Positions 25,601 through 38,672 of a stretch of DNA of 64,000 bases are shown here, piece by piece. Under the pieces are notes generated by a model that worked only from the letters and a program-made list of their open reading frames with translations, was not told where the DNA came from and did not search any database. The stretch lies in NCBI GenBank assembly GCA_964035545.1, contig OZ037765.1:30999504-31063503 (forward strand), in the 5' to 3' direction. The translations under genes were made by a program, and so were the position numbers. Every line of letters begins with the position of its first letter. Within the stretch, counting starts at the first letter, position 1. The DNA is from Bugula neritina (lineage: Eukaryota > Animalia > Bryozoa).

Positions 25601-25786
25601 TTGCTAATTTTCATCCAATTTAAATATTTTTGAAAACTAAGATTGATTGTATGACTTTCTGTTTGTTCAGTCCTGCCTGAGCCTGTACTGGATAGAGCAT
25701 CAAAGCCGGTCGGTGATTTCCAATTCAAAAGTCCTAGGAAGTGGGCCAAGTTAAAACAGAATAGCGTGAGCCAACTAACCGAGTAG
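8771..25786 (+). CDS. Unconventional myosin: class-III-like motor without kinase domain, 1 IQ, charged helix, C-terminal Smad MH2-like domain. Exons: 8771-8878, 9023-9088, 11052-11190, 11620-11838, 11990-12137, 12640-12757, 12955-13072, 13428-13499, 15516-15654, 16147-16378, 16855-17019, 17701-17846, 18787-18891, 19200-19272, 19590-19795, 20063-20174, 20548-20802, 21321-21526, 21696-21900, 22452-22507, 22848-22959, 23403-23491, 23909-24056, 24343-24501, 24776-24980, 25067-25140, 25246-25336, 25671-25786
   Basis: Motor motifs: DDLAAL...IY|TYIGDILVAVNPF, PHIFAVAD, P-loop GESGAGKTE, switch I NGNSSRFGKY, LLEKTRV, QNFHIFY, switch II DIAGFE, FEQLCIN..NEQLQ, PHFIRCIKPN, QLRYTGILETVRIR..GFP, KVFLRYWH. 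IQ motif VQSLVRRFIGCRK. An in-frame TGA at 8747 precedes the ATG. All exon phases join. The donor of the second-to-last exon is uncertain. Confidence 0.92.
9310..9551 (+). repeat. G-rich 29-bp minisatellite (ACTGAGTAGGGGGTTGATGTTGGGGGTAT) x~8 in myosin intron 2
   Basis: Directly visible; two G5 runs per unit. Confidence 0.95.
9876..10118. repeat. 7-bp tandem repeat (NTATAGA)n
   Basis: Directly visible; it produces the spurious ORF 9911-10165. Confidence 0.95.
10550..10698. repeat. ~65-70-bp dimer built from ATATACTTAC/CACT subunits
   Basis: Two imperfect copies of ...atatacttacactcactcacttacgaatg..cttacactcagacac. Confidence 0.8.
11408..11522 (+). tRNA. trnL-CAA: tRNA-Leu(CAA) with 31-nt intron (11446-11476), nested in myosin intron 3
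   Basis: GTCAGGATGGCCGAGTGGTCTAAGGCGCCAGACTCAAG[intron]TTCTGGTCCACGAATGTGGGCGTGGGTTCAAATCCCACTCCTGACA. Acceptor stem GTCAGGA/TCCTGAC, A and B boxes, long variable arm, CAA anticodon at 11442-11444. Confidence 0.95.
11525..11533 (+). terminator. Pol III oligo-T terminator of the tRNA-Leu
   Basis: T9 run immediately 3' of the tRNA. Confidence 0.8.
16474..16737. repeat. (CTA/CTG)n trinucleotide microsatellite in a myosin intron
   Basis: Directly visible; it produces the poly-Leu and poly-Ser pseudo-ORFs. Confidence 0.97.
17559..17657. repeat. 11-bp tandem repeat (ATATACTYACT)n upstream of acceptor 17700
   Basis: About 9 copies visible. Confidence 0.9.
18224..18308 (+). repeat. 34-bp repeat x2.5 (AAGCTACAGTAAGTATGTAAATACGTTGCTAAGT) spanning a candidate microexon donor
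   Basis: Copies start at 18224, 18258 and 18292. Confidence 0.8.
22156..22428. mobile_element. Non-autonomous hAT-like element (MITE)
   Basis: Termini CAGAGGTGCCAA...TTGGCACCCCTG. The 8-bp flanks TGTTTTGT / TATTTTGC match at 6/8, consistent with a decayed TSD. Confidence 0.6.
23003..23290. repeat. 20-bp minisatellite (TATGAAACTGTAYGTACACM)n, decaying rightwards
   Basis: Directly visible, just after donor 22960. Confidence 0.9.
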
Positions 25787-26143
25787 CTAATTCTACACTG
25801 AGCACAATAACTGTGTTGATGCTACTTCAGATGGCTTGCAGCTTACCTCAGCAAAATATGCAAAATTCCCATATATTTTTGGTACATTAGGCTTCAAATT
25901 TTTTTCTATTTTACAGTTTTATGCATAACTGACTATGCATTGTGCTATTATCAGAATGTGATACAAATTATTGTGCAATAGCTTTGGCAGTCTTTAGGCA
26001 GCTTGCTAATGAGGTATGTGTATTCTAGTTCTATTTATTGTCTCATAACAATACTCAGCTTTTCATTATTTATTTATTTTTTATAAGTTATTTACAAGTT
26101 AATTCTCATAATAAAAATGAAACTCATCATCTAAAGCTCTATT

Positions 26144-29100
26144 TCATGAGTTGGTGAACACAAAGGTGGACCAGCCACCACACTTGACAGACTTAAACTT
26201 AGTGTTGGTTGCAGTGTACAAGTTAGGTCTGTCCTGGACTATCACATCCTTTGGTAGTAATAACTGTCCATAGCCATTCCATCCCCAGGAATATAGTTTG
26301 CCATCACCTGTGACAGAATGTGGGCATTACTATGTGGTGCTACTATTAGCAAGTATATAGGCTATGTGGTGTATACATATATTTCAGAATATGATGTTCT
26401 AAAGTTATCCGTGCATTTCTGTAAGTAACAAGTCACACATTTTTTAATAGCAAACTGAGATGTGAGCATATTTTAAAGTATTGCTAACACATAGTATGCT
26501 GCCATTTTATAATATTTGAACTAAGACATGAAAAATGCCATATTTGTGGATAAAATGGCCTCTTTTTAACTCTATCATTTAACTATATACTACTCTGCTA
26601 CTACATTCAGTTTTTCATTTCCAATAATGAGAAAAATAAATTAATACTAACTCGTCACGGCCGCAGAGTGTCGCGAACCACAGGATATGCTAGTAATAGT
26701 GATGTCACAGTTGTCTTCAAACAACAAACTGGGATACATAATCATGCTGTGACCAACTCTGTCACCACACTGAGGTTCACCATGAGAGTCCTTCAGGCAA
26801 GGCTTCCCAACTTGACCACTCTCATTCCAACCCCAACTGTACACATCTCCTGTATCTAAACAATAGAGTATAGACCTCATCAGAAGGCATGACAGGATTC
26901 AAAGAGTGGTGTGAGTGACATCTAGTTTAACATGTGACCTTTTCAAGCAACTTAGTAATAAATGAAAACATGTAATCTTATTATAATTGTTGTGTTTTAA
27001 GTGTATAGAGATATTTATTGTCGAAGACTGAAAGAAAGTAGCAATGTGAAAAAGGTTATATCATAAGTTATAAGTTTCAAGTTACAAGTGTGAGACGCAA
27101 GTGTAGATAAGTGAAAAATGGGGGGCGGGTTTATACTAGTCAAATAGGTTAGCTTTTGTGTAGTAGCTATAATAAATGTGGAAAAAGCATAATATAGCTG
27201 GCCTAGCTGAGATATGTGAAAAGCTATCATGCATTAGGGAAAAGCTTTCCCAGCTTATGTAAAGTCCCAACAATCATTTTACATACTCAATAAAATAAAC
27301 TGTGAAATGTTTGACAACTTTAAAATTTATACAGTATTGAATTATTCATGTTTACATTATTGAAGCTATTCTAATACTTGTTTCAAGTTAAATAAGATAT
27401 AGTAACACGTATTACTTGCCGCTAATCACCATTTAACAGGACTATTGCAATCAAAGTGTTCTGCAAAGTCAATTTAGATCCTGCTAACTCTGTTTCTTTT
27501 CAAATCTTAACTTCACCAAACATATTGCAAGTTTAAAGTTTCAATCCAGAAAATGCAGCTTATTTTAACCAGAATTTTCTTTCTGATCTATTATAAACAC
27601 CAACTGTTAAGACATACCACTTAATACTAGAGTATGCCATCCCCCAGCAACTGCGTCTACAATGAATACTCCAGAGAGGGCTTCAACAAGTCTAGGTTCA
27701 GTCAAAGACTCCAGATCTCCGTGTCCAAGCTGGCCTCGGCTATCGAGATTAATTATATTTTAAATGAGAAGGAAAGTTCTCAATTAGGAGAAAGAAATTA
27801 AACTTTTTTATCACAAAATGAGAAAAGTTACAAAAGAAACCTATTGCTGGTTACGCCCAGCTACACAAGTATAATATTTGTCCTACTAATCAGTATGTGA
27901 TGACTAAATTTCCTGTTTTAATCATGTAAAGCAAAGATTTCCAGTTAACTCAAGTCTTGTTGATAAATGTAGCTGACAAAAGTCCCAAAACTATCCTCTC
28001 CTTTATGGTGAAAAAAAACTTTCATTATTTAAAAAATAATGTAAAAAGCAACAAATAGTTATTTGATCAAATTAAATTACTGGCACCCTGTCCATACAGC
28101 ATGCCTGTAAACATCTAGTGTTGAAAATAAAGTTAATTGCAAACCTTTTCTAAATACAAGCACTGCATTACATGACAAGAGGTTGCAGGTGTGACCTGGA
28201 ATGAGAGCACCTGGTCTACATGCTCTTATGTTTTACAGCTTCAACATAGTGAAGCATTTAAGGAAAGAATATGAGTTCTCAGTCCCCAGTGGCCTTGGAG
28301 ATGAAGGCTGTACATAGTGCCTAAGTATTCATTATTTATCAGTACTAACCTTCCTCCACCAAACGTATAGACATGCCCAAGTGTAGTCAATATGACTACA
28401 TGCTCTTTACCACAAGAGACACGTCGTACCTTTATATTTGACAACAGAATCTTCTCTGGCTGAGCAGTGGATAAGTTGGACAAAGTCCATAAAGATCCCA
28501 CATCTAGCAAATAAGTTTTCTGGTTAGATTAGCACAATTTTTACAATAAAAACTCAAAACTGACAGCAATAACTAACCAATACAACAATAAAATATACTT
28601 AATTTAACATAAATTGATAAAAAAACTACAGCTATTAATTTTAAATTATAATGTAGAGTTAACACTAGCTAGCAGTTATTTGATTGAATCTATATTGTGT
28701 TAAAAAGTGTGATTCAATACATTTCTTAATGGTCCTTGATGATGGCACGAAGGGTATTTAATGAAGGGTTTTTTTAGTTACTTAATGAAAATTTAAATCT
28801 GACTGTACATGCTCAAAGTAAGAAAAGCACATCATATTTTTTCAGATGAAAGAAATTTCTCTGTAGCTCCTAACACAAGAGAGGATGTGTTGAATAACTT
28901 GAATGGGCACCTGGCTTTTCATTAGGTTTGAAATATATGAGAAAAAAATCATTGAAATAACAAATAATACCTGTATAAAAATAGAGCGATTTATCTGTAC
29001 AAGACAATCCTTGTATGTACTCAGGTAGGTTCAGTTCCACTACATCTAATTTACAGCTACTTTCTCCAGCTTCAAGGTCTTTGAAACATAGCAGAGTGGA

Positions 29101-29394
29101 TCTGCTATTATCTTCGGCAATGCATATTCTTTTATCAAAATACGTAACACTGAGATTGCAAGTAGAAGATTGTGTCAGCATGCTTGTAATTATCATTCGC
29201 CATCCGACATACTGTAAATCTTTATTACACAATGCATATAACTTGTTGTTAAAACTTTTTTCAATGGCTAAAGTTAGATTACAAACATTTGAATCAGGCG
29301 GTGTGACATCTGAATCACTAGCAGACACTTGCTTCTGAGTGACATGTAGTGTAAGACAGTCCTGCTCTATAACTCCACCATATATGTTATTCAT
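26144..29394 (-). CDS. RCCD1: RCC1 domain-containing protein 1-like; exons 29394-28971, 28503-28350, 27739-27618, 26855-26652, 26307-26144 (start codon uncertain)
   Basis: RCC1 repeats: [106 protein letters not shown]. Exon phases are consistent. Confidence 0.85.
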
Positions 29395-30869
29395 ATTGAA
29401 TAGTCGGAAATAACTAGCTTTTGTTAATACGCATTAGCACATATAAGTCCAAGAAAAAATGAGCTGAGTTGCATCCAATGCCTATTTGCACTCGTGCTTG
29501 CCATCTATAAATATAAATACATGAAATTCTGAAATAATTTAGAGATGAGCATCAGCAAACCATTACAACTTGACAGCCGATATTGGGAGCTTTCTCTAAA
29601 TGCTAATGTTGGGGGTAATAAGTTTCAGCCAGAATAAGACTATGCTTGTTAACTGGAAAACCGTATCCAATTGCAATTTTTCATAAACATAGCAAACTAT
29701 TTACTTTCATTTCATGTAAGCAGATAATTTGTACAAATGTTAGTACTTGAAGGTGATTATTTATTAGTCTATTGAGTGACCAAACATTCCTGAATGCAAG
29801 TTTCATTCTTATATTATTCAAATAAATATTGCCATAACTTTACTACGATTGCAGCTCCAAAAAATAAATGAAACATAAGTTGAATGATATGACAGAAAAG
29901 TATTAGTAATGCCTACAGTTACATAAAGAAACTTTTGATAAGTTTATAGCTATTACTATTGTTAGTAGTAATAGTATTAATAATAGAACTTTATAATAGT
30001 ATGAATACAAAAATAATATATTATTAGTCATAGTTATAGTGTGTAACTAACATTCATTATGAATATGTCATAATTAACTTGTATCACCATTTTTACTAAT
30101 AGTAATAATAATAGCAATTGATGAATTAAAATACTCTTAAAACTAAGAAATATCAACTACAATAACTATAAGTGAATATCAATAACAATATGTCAGCAAG
30201 CTGCAGTGCAACAGTATAAATTTAAAACTGAGTTTAATGTCATTATCATTATGATAATTATTATATTAAATATTTGAGCATTACTATTTAATTTTACTTT
30301 TTAGCTTTTAGTATTGACTGAATTTAATATTTATATTACTAGATTTACTTTTACTTTTAGTGTATTATTATGATTATAACAATAATTATTATTACTGATT
30401 AGTTATTAGCTTAGGAATCTGAATACGGAATAGCAACAATTCCAAACTTATACTTATAGTCATTACCTTTCTTTTAAAACTGATAAATATTAGACTTAGA
30501 GAATGTATTAATTAATTACTACTTGTCAAGTACAAAAAGAAACTGCAAAATATTCACTTTTGTAATTGAGTATAACTGTATAAGTATTTAGGACTGACAA
30601 TTTTGTTGATAAAACTAGAACATGCCCTGTGGATCTTTTTCCTTATTTCTTTTATGTTTGATAATTTAGTTCACAATCAGTGTACCACATGCACAAAAAA
30701 ATATATTTGTTTATTGATATAAATTTACCTGCAACTTTATTGCTAAAGTGCAACAAAACAAAACCAATCATGATGCATAAATATTATAAGTATTTATCAA
30801 GTTTGACCAATCCCTAAACGTGGAAGCACGTGCTAGACGATCTTCACCCTAATACATTCTTGTTGATAG

Positions 30870-30882
30870 GTTGCTTAGTTGC
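30870..30882. promoter_or_regulatory. Candidate RFX X-box (GTTGCTTAGTTGC) in the divergent RCCD1/KIF19 promoter
   Basis: Resembles GTTGCYNRGYAAC. It lies between probable first-exon donors at ~30728 (-) and ~31267 (+). KIF19 is a ciliary gene. Confidence 0.35.
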
Positions 30883-32564
30883 GGTCCACCCTAAGTTACT
30901 TCTCATAAAGTACCTAACTTGTGTGTGACAATAACGATAGTTTGTTTTTATTTAAGAAATATAAAAAAAGTTATTTTTTTAAATTTTTAAATAAAAATTG
31001 TTGCAAAATGTAAACTATACAAAGAAATAAACGTTTACGGCTATTTTAATTTTTATGCGCACTTATATTAAATGTTATTGCATTTCCGCGCACACTAGTA
31101 AAAATGTCTTGCTGTATCGGAGTAAAACTCATACAATAATCATAATGATACAATTACAATTAAAGGCGTGCAAATATTGGTTTATAGTAGAACTGAATAG
31201 ACAACACTAGCTGTTTTTGTCGCTGTGCTACTTTTCATTCTTAATATTTTTTGTTGAACACGGAAGGTATGGTAAAACATTGAAGTTTTTTTTTACTCAA
31301 TTACTATTACTTATTAGTATTACTATTACTATTACTATTGGTAATACTTTATTAGTATTAGTATTAGTATTACTATTAGTATTAGTATTACTATTAGTAT
31401 TAGTATAACTAAGTATTACCATTTATGATTTAATTTATTAATATTACATTCAGTGATTTACTTTTAGTTTTACAATTACTGTAAATGTAATTCACCAATT
31501 TAATGCTAATAGTAATAGTAAAAGTTTTAATAATTATTATTGTTTTACTAATAGACTAATGCTAAACCTAATAGTAATGTAGTAATACTAATAGTAATTG
31601 TAACACAAAGTCTAACTCAAACTGTAACTGTTGCATTTGAATTAGTGAGTAAGTCTTAATGTTATGCCTTAAACTTGGAGTGTTACTAATTATTTGTGGT
31701 TGTTGCACTGTCAGCATACTTACAGAATGATTGTAAAGCAGTTTAGTAAGAAAAAAAGAGAGGCTGGTTTAAATTTTAGTTTATAGCATTATTTATTTAT
31801 TATGATTATACTCAAAGTGTAGTCAACAGACTCAACTGCAAAACTAATTGCTACAGTTCCAATTTTGATTTCAGTTTATCATTATGTCAAAAAGCTGAAG
31901 ATCAAGTTTCTATGAGTCAACTCAGTCAGTGTTACTGTTGAACTTGTTGTTACATTTAAAAGAAGAGTAAAAATATTCTAAAAGCTTAAAACATAGTTTC
32001 AGTCAATGTTGATCTCACTGTTGCATTTTATCACCAGGCTGCCTGATCAATCATAGTTGTTTTGGGATGATTTTTTATTTATTTTCAAGCTGGTGAAAAA
32101 TTTAATTAATTGTTAAGCAATAGCTTTCACATTTTATTTTATACAGTTTTATGTCAAGTTGTTATATTTATCAAGCAATTAGTAGCTACTCAAGGTTATA
32201 TGATAAAGTGCATTTTTATCAACTATTTTAGGATTTGGCTCTCTGTGCAAGTTTTAGTGAGCCAATTTGAAAATGTTGGTGAGTACATGAAATATTGCTT
32301 GGAAGCGTGTATTCTATCTACTTGTTTAACTAAATTAAAAGCAGTTGTAGAAAAGTTATTAACAATTCTAAATAGATAATATATTTGTTTCATATTTATA
32401 AATATAAACTATTTGCTTCATATTTAATATGCCTTAAATGTTAATGTAATGAAAGAAATATTTCCTACAGCATAAAATTATATTTTTAATATACGTTTAT
32501 AACTGAAAGTTTTATTGAAACTTGTAGAGTTTTGGAACATAGCCTGCAAATCCTAAGCGCAGCT

Positions 32565-35500
32565 ATGAAGCCTCAGGGAGGTGAACACCCCCTCACAGTG
32601 AGTTTACTAGTTAAAAATTGACCAAGTTGACTAACTTTTTTAACATAAATTGTTTTACATTTTTTCTAAAATTTAAAGTTCTGTTTGGACATTGCTAAAC
32701 TCTTATGTTGTAACATCAGTATGTGTAGCCTGTGATTCTATTAAACAGGTTGCGGTGAGGGTGAGGCCAATGACGGAACATGAGATTTTGTCAGGTTGTA
32801 CACAAGTTGCCCATACGGTGGACAACCAGGTTTGTTGAAAACATTTTTTTATTTAACAATTATGTGCTTTAATTTCTTTTTCATAAATCAACTGCTTGTC
32901 ATTTTCTAATATAAGTGTGTTTCTAAACAGCTTTGCTAGTTTTATTACTAAACTTGGCAAAAGTGAATTGCTGCTTTATGCATTTTAAAATTGAAAAAGA
33001 AAATGTTGGAATCGTTGTTTATGGTTTTCTGTTGAAAGTTATGTTTTGTATATCATCAGATGGTGGTGCTGCTGGACCCTACGGAGGACCCTGATGATAT
33101 CCTTAGAGTGAATCGCTCCAGAGAAAGAAGATACATGTTTGATCACGCCTTCAACGATATTGCTGACCAGGTATAGCCACTGGCAGCGTAGAACCAGCAC
33201 TTCTCTTATTTATCTTAAGCTAATATTAGTATAGAAGTTGTATTGCTACAAACTAAGCCAATCTATCATATAAATGGCAGGCTGATAGTGTTTTGTTTGC
33301 TCAACAATTGGCTCTAATGACTGTTGTGGAAATATAATATATCTTTAATGAGAAAGTCTACTTGACATAATTAAATGTTTGCAGCCTGTTGCTGTCACGT
33401 ATTATGAGAAATTATGTTGCGTATTTGAGGCAGCGTCAGCACCTATTTCGTCTTCTCAACAAATGGAATTGCATTGTCTGTGAACAATTATTGAATATTG
33501 ATATTAATTAGCAGTTGTTTATTTGTTTATTTCTCCATGGTGCTCTTGTCTTACTATTGTTACAAATAACAATGTGCCTTGCTCTGCACAGCTCATAGCT
33601 GTCACCATCGTATTATACTTAGTTAATTACTTGATCCTATTACGCCACTGGTTCACACAAAGTTCATATTTTCACATGCTATCAGAGGCAGTGAAATAAG
33701 ACCATATATGATGCCTTATGATGAGCTATTGCTATTGCTATTGCAGTGCTAGCTTCTTATTTCTGATTTATTCTTCAAAGTTTCATAGTCTAATGTTTTA
33801 CCTACTTTAGGAGGAGGTGTACCAAGTCACTACTCGATTTCTCATTGACCAAGTTATAAATGGATATAATGGAACCGTGTTTGCATACGGAGCTACTGGT
33901 ATGTATCATGTTTGTGCCACACTCATTTCTAATAACTGCAATAATTGTATCTTTACTAATCCTCTTATTTATTGGTTACTATTTAAGTCAATGAAATATT
34001 GCAAGATTTATTATGCCATATTATACAAAATTTGAGTTTATTTGTTCTATAACCAAAGTTAAGACATATTAGGCTGTATACTTGATGAATATCAAGTCTG
34101 TGTTTATGTGTATACTTACAGTATTACACTATTATACCTATACATGCTGAAAGCGTAGTGTTGTTTGCAAAACTCATATTAAATATTCTCATACATTGAA
34201 TATCCCAGGTGCTGGAAAAACATACACAATGCTGGGCACTCAGGATAATCCTGGTATATACTCGAGAGCTCTCAACGATCTCTTCTTGCTTGTTGCTAAA
34301 TATGAAGAGGAAAATATATACAATGTGTCTATGTCATACTTAGAGGTTTGTTTGTACTATGGAGATGAGAACTCATAACTTCTGTATATTATAGGATTTA
34401 GGATTTGATTTTCTAGGAATTGCTTGACTTTAGCCATGTGCTGGTCTGTGTATGTTTGTCTGTGTAACCACTTGAAGTGGCCATCTCTTGGTTACTAATA
34501 ACTTGTTTATTTATATAAATAAATTATCAAGAAATTAGATAATGTCAAGCAGCTAAAATTTATTCTAGTATTTCAATGCATCATGACACAGTTTCTTGCC
34601 GGGCTGATTAATTGAAGTCCTGGGCATTTAGTTGGTTGGCTGTGTTTGAGCCAAAAGACATTTTGAACTACATGTTTTCATGTTTATTAAGCAAAGAAAT
34701 GTATTTATTTATTTATTCTTGTTTTCTAATCACCAACAAGACTTATTGATGGACCTTGACATGTTTGCAGATTTACAATGAAATGGTGAGGGATTTATTG
34801 AACCCATCTTCAGGCTATTTGGAGATGAGAGAAGATGCAAAGGGTGGGGTGCAAGTAGCCAGCCTTTCTGAAGTGTCAACAGCATCAACTGAGGAGGTGA
34901 GGCTATGCTCACAGCTTGTAACAGTTTAATTAGTTTTTTAGTTCTTTTACCATCCAGCGAGTCTAGCATCTATTTTTAGAAAGTTTATAATTTACTAAAT
35001 CTATCTAATATAAAAATAGTAGGCTAGGTATATATAGTAAAAAAATCCTAACATATACATGCGCACGCTCACAATACCACAATATAAATAAACATCATGA
35101 CAGAAAAGAGAAAAAAATGTCATATCAATTCTATCTGTAGAGTTGAATGACGCCTGAATGTAATTTCTTATATTATATAATATTTTTATAATGTACAAAA
35201 AGTTATATTACTTAGAATTAGAAAGTTTTAGGCTTTCTAGCAACACAAACAGGTGTAGAAAATCTTTAAGTAATTTTATTCGTAATCTTATAATGTTTTT
35301 CATGCAGCAATTATACTTATTATAGCATGCAGGGTGAATGTTTGAACATATCTTCATTGTAATAATTCTGTCTAGACACACAATCTGTATAATGAAACAT
35401 TTGCCATTTAGATGCAGGTTTTTGTCAGGTTGCTGTAAATTTAGTATTAATTTTTGTTTTAAGATATACAATTGCTTTGCATACTTATTAAAATCTACAG

Positions 35501-38500
35501 ATCAGACTTGCAGGTGTTTTTGTGAAAGGCTGCCCAGCTTTGTTCAGGTATAAAGTCAATATTTCTGAACAAAAGGCAGCTATGCTAATAAGTCTATAGG
35601 CAGCAATAAACATGCCCCATAAAACCTTTATGAATAATTAGTTGACTTTGAAAAAGACCGAAAGACACACAACTTTTCTGTGAAATAATAATCCAGGTAG
35701 GCTAAAACAATATTCATTGTTAAAATGTAGATAATGGAGCTGCTACAGCAGGGTAATATGGAACGAACCCAGGAACCTACCAAAGCTAATCAAACGTCAT
35801 CGCGTTCCCATGCCGTGCTCCAAGTTACCGTCAAGCAGAGAACTCGGGCTAGGGGCATCAATTCACAGGTAGCACTTGGAGTTGTTAGTAGAAGTTTATT
35901 TACTTAAAAATCTAATAAAATGAATGAAAGTTTAGGTTTAAGGCTTACCCCCTATTCACACTTACCGTATTGTTCGCCGTAACAGCAGATATCAGCCATT
36001 TTTACAAATGTCTGAGCTTCCTGTACGGTATTGCGGTACGGTAGGATCAAGCACTGCTTGATTAAAAAATGTTGCGGCGAACTCCTATTGGACAGAAAAA
36101 CTTTTGCGTTAATTCATTGTATATAATTGTCCAATGAAGTGTGATAGATCGTACCTAATAGCGGACATTGAGAACTTCAGCCCGGACACATTAAAAATGG
36201 CTGATATTTGCTGTTATGGCGTACGATACGGTAAGTGTGAATAGGGGGTCATTATAAATAATAACTTGAAGAGAGTTGAAGTGGTTACACTAGGATTTAT
36301 CATCATATACTTCCTTTGATACAGCTCTCTGTATTTTACTCAAAGAGATTAATAGAGTATATTTACAAACCTGACTTTTATTGTTTGAAGCTGATCAAGG
36401 AAATTAAAACAAACTAACAATGTTTGCTGCCTGCTGCTATATGTGGGTGTTGTGTTATGAGAACTGAATGGTGCTGCTGTTTTAGTTAAAACTATTTTTA
36501 TTGTGGCGAACAATTTCTTGTGTTAGTTCAGTCATCTTGAGTTCAATTTAACAATTATAATTGATAGTTTTGTGCAACATAATTCAACCTTCCAAAAGCT
36601 TTATATGTTATTGTAAATTGCAACTTTGTTTTGTGGTTTTGACTAAAAAGAAGCTAATGGTTATAATTTTTAATAAATTATACTTCAAGAATTTGCTACT
36701 AAATATTTTGCTCCGCTTTGTTAAACTATAACACTAAATAAACAGTTGCAGTACCTATACATATACCTATACTACATAAACTAGATACACCATGTGTGTT
36801 ATTATGCTGCCGCAGGTGAAGGTTGGCCGTCTCTTCCTCGTAGACCTGGCAGGCTCCGAGCGAGCTGCCAATACTCAGAACAGAGGGAAAAGGATGGTGG
36901 AAGGAGCTCATATTAATCGTTCTCTTTTGGCTCTGGGCAACTGCATTACAGCCCTGAGTAGGTTTATTTCAGTGTTCATAATATCCTAAGGCTATACATG
37001 AAGTTGATTCTACATGACGCTGTATTACGCTGGTCTAGTTTTCCCCACGAGTATAAAACAATGCGCTATGTTTAGAATTGCTTGTCACTTTCCTCCATCT
37101 AAAAGTACAGCATGAGTTTCAATGAAGGGCGAGGCATGGAGCTACCTGTGACATTGCGTAAACCTGGGTCTACTTTGCTTCCTCTCAGCTGTTCTATGTC
37201 ATCCGTTTACTCTGGGGGCATTTTTAAGAATACATACAATGCATATTTTGTTATTTGAACTTTTAGCCATCCTTGACAATTGGCATTCATGCAGACAAAA
37301 CTGATTCCTGTGAGAGAATATATTCGATATGAACTATGGTCATAGCTAGCTTTAATTCTTATTGTGTTGTAATAATGTTCAGTCAATTTCAAGCATTTTT
37401 ACTTGTTTTGTGTGTTAAATGTTGCAGCATGTAACATAATTTAAAGTATCTTTTTAATTTGTAATATTGGTCGAGTTTAATTCTGTAGTTATACATATTA
37501 TAATGAATACATTGTTTAATTATATGGTTATATATGTTGGTTGAACTGAGAGTCTATGTACATGCCTAGTGAATATCTTGTGGTGTGTTCGTAGGTGAGA
37601 GTAGTGACAAAGGTGCTAGAACTTACGTAAACTTTAGAGACAGTAAACTCACACGTCTGCTAAAGGATGCACTCGGTGGTAACTGTAAAACTGTCATGAT
37701 TGCCCACCTTGGACCTGCTAGCTTTCACTTTGAAGAGTCTAGAAATACCCTGCTATACGCCGACAGGGCAAAAAGAATAAAAAACAAAGTAAGTTTGTGG
37801 GTCCTAGCCGGTCGCATATCACTTTTCTAAAAAATAAATGCTTTTCACAGGTTATTTGTAGTGTTATGTTGAAGGTCCTGTCACAGCCAGTAGTAAATGT
37901 GAAAGGTTCTGTTGACATTTTCACTTTTTGATGTTTTCATTTTTTTATTACCTAATCACAAAATTAGAATATCTGTTTATGCAAATAGCTTATTGAAAAG
38001 AAAATTTTAGAATCTGCACAAAGTATTTTTATTTGATATTTTTGTTTATTGCTGATGCTTCTGAGGTGTTTTATGCGGGTTTTTAAAACCAAGAAAAAAG
38101 TTGGCAAAATTCAGTTACTGAGTGAAATGCTTCTAGCTGCATTCTTTGTCACTAATAAATCTTCTAACTTTCTTAGAATGGTTCAGAAATTGTAAAGCCA
38201 AGGCTCTAGAAATTGAATTATTTATTTCTTGAAAATATTGCTTAGAATACTTGCTATGTAGTATAATTTTCTTGTCAAATCGTATTATTGTCGTCACTTT
38301 GCAAGCTGTAAACTGGGAGGTTTCAACTGATAAACAAATTACCTGAGGTGAACGCATTGACCTGCTATGATACAAAGTCAAATGGTATACAATGAATAGA
38401 GTGTCACTATCTGCAGGCATCATTGTATCAATATGTGAACGGGTCAGCGATTTCAAAAGTATTGATTGTAGAAGAACTATCTAGTGCAGTGGGATGTCAC

Positions 38501-38615
38501 TTTATGTCCATACTTTAATTATTTATAGAAAGAGACAACCTTATTTTCAGCTGCTATTATTTGTGTCAGCTTTGTAGTCCTCAGCAAGCATATGGCGTCA
38601 ACTCCCTCTTGAGTG

Positions 38616-38672
<57 letters not shown>

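Noticed and set aside
25760-25786. SVS near the myosin C-terminus as a Smad-like SSxS phosphorylation site
   Set aside because: Not terminal (NSVSQLTE*), far from the MH2 end, and the receptor-binding L3 loop is missing.
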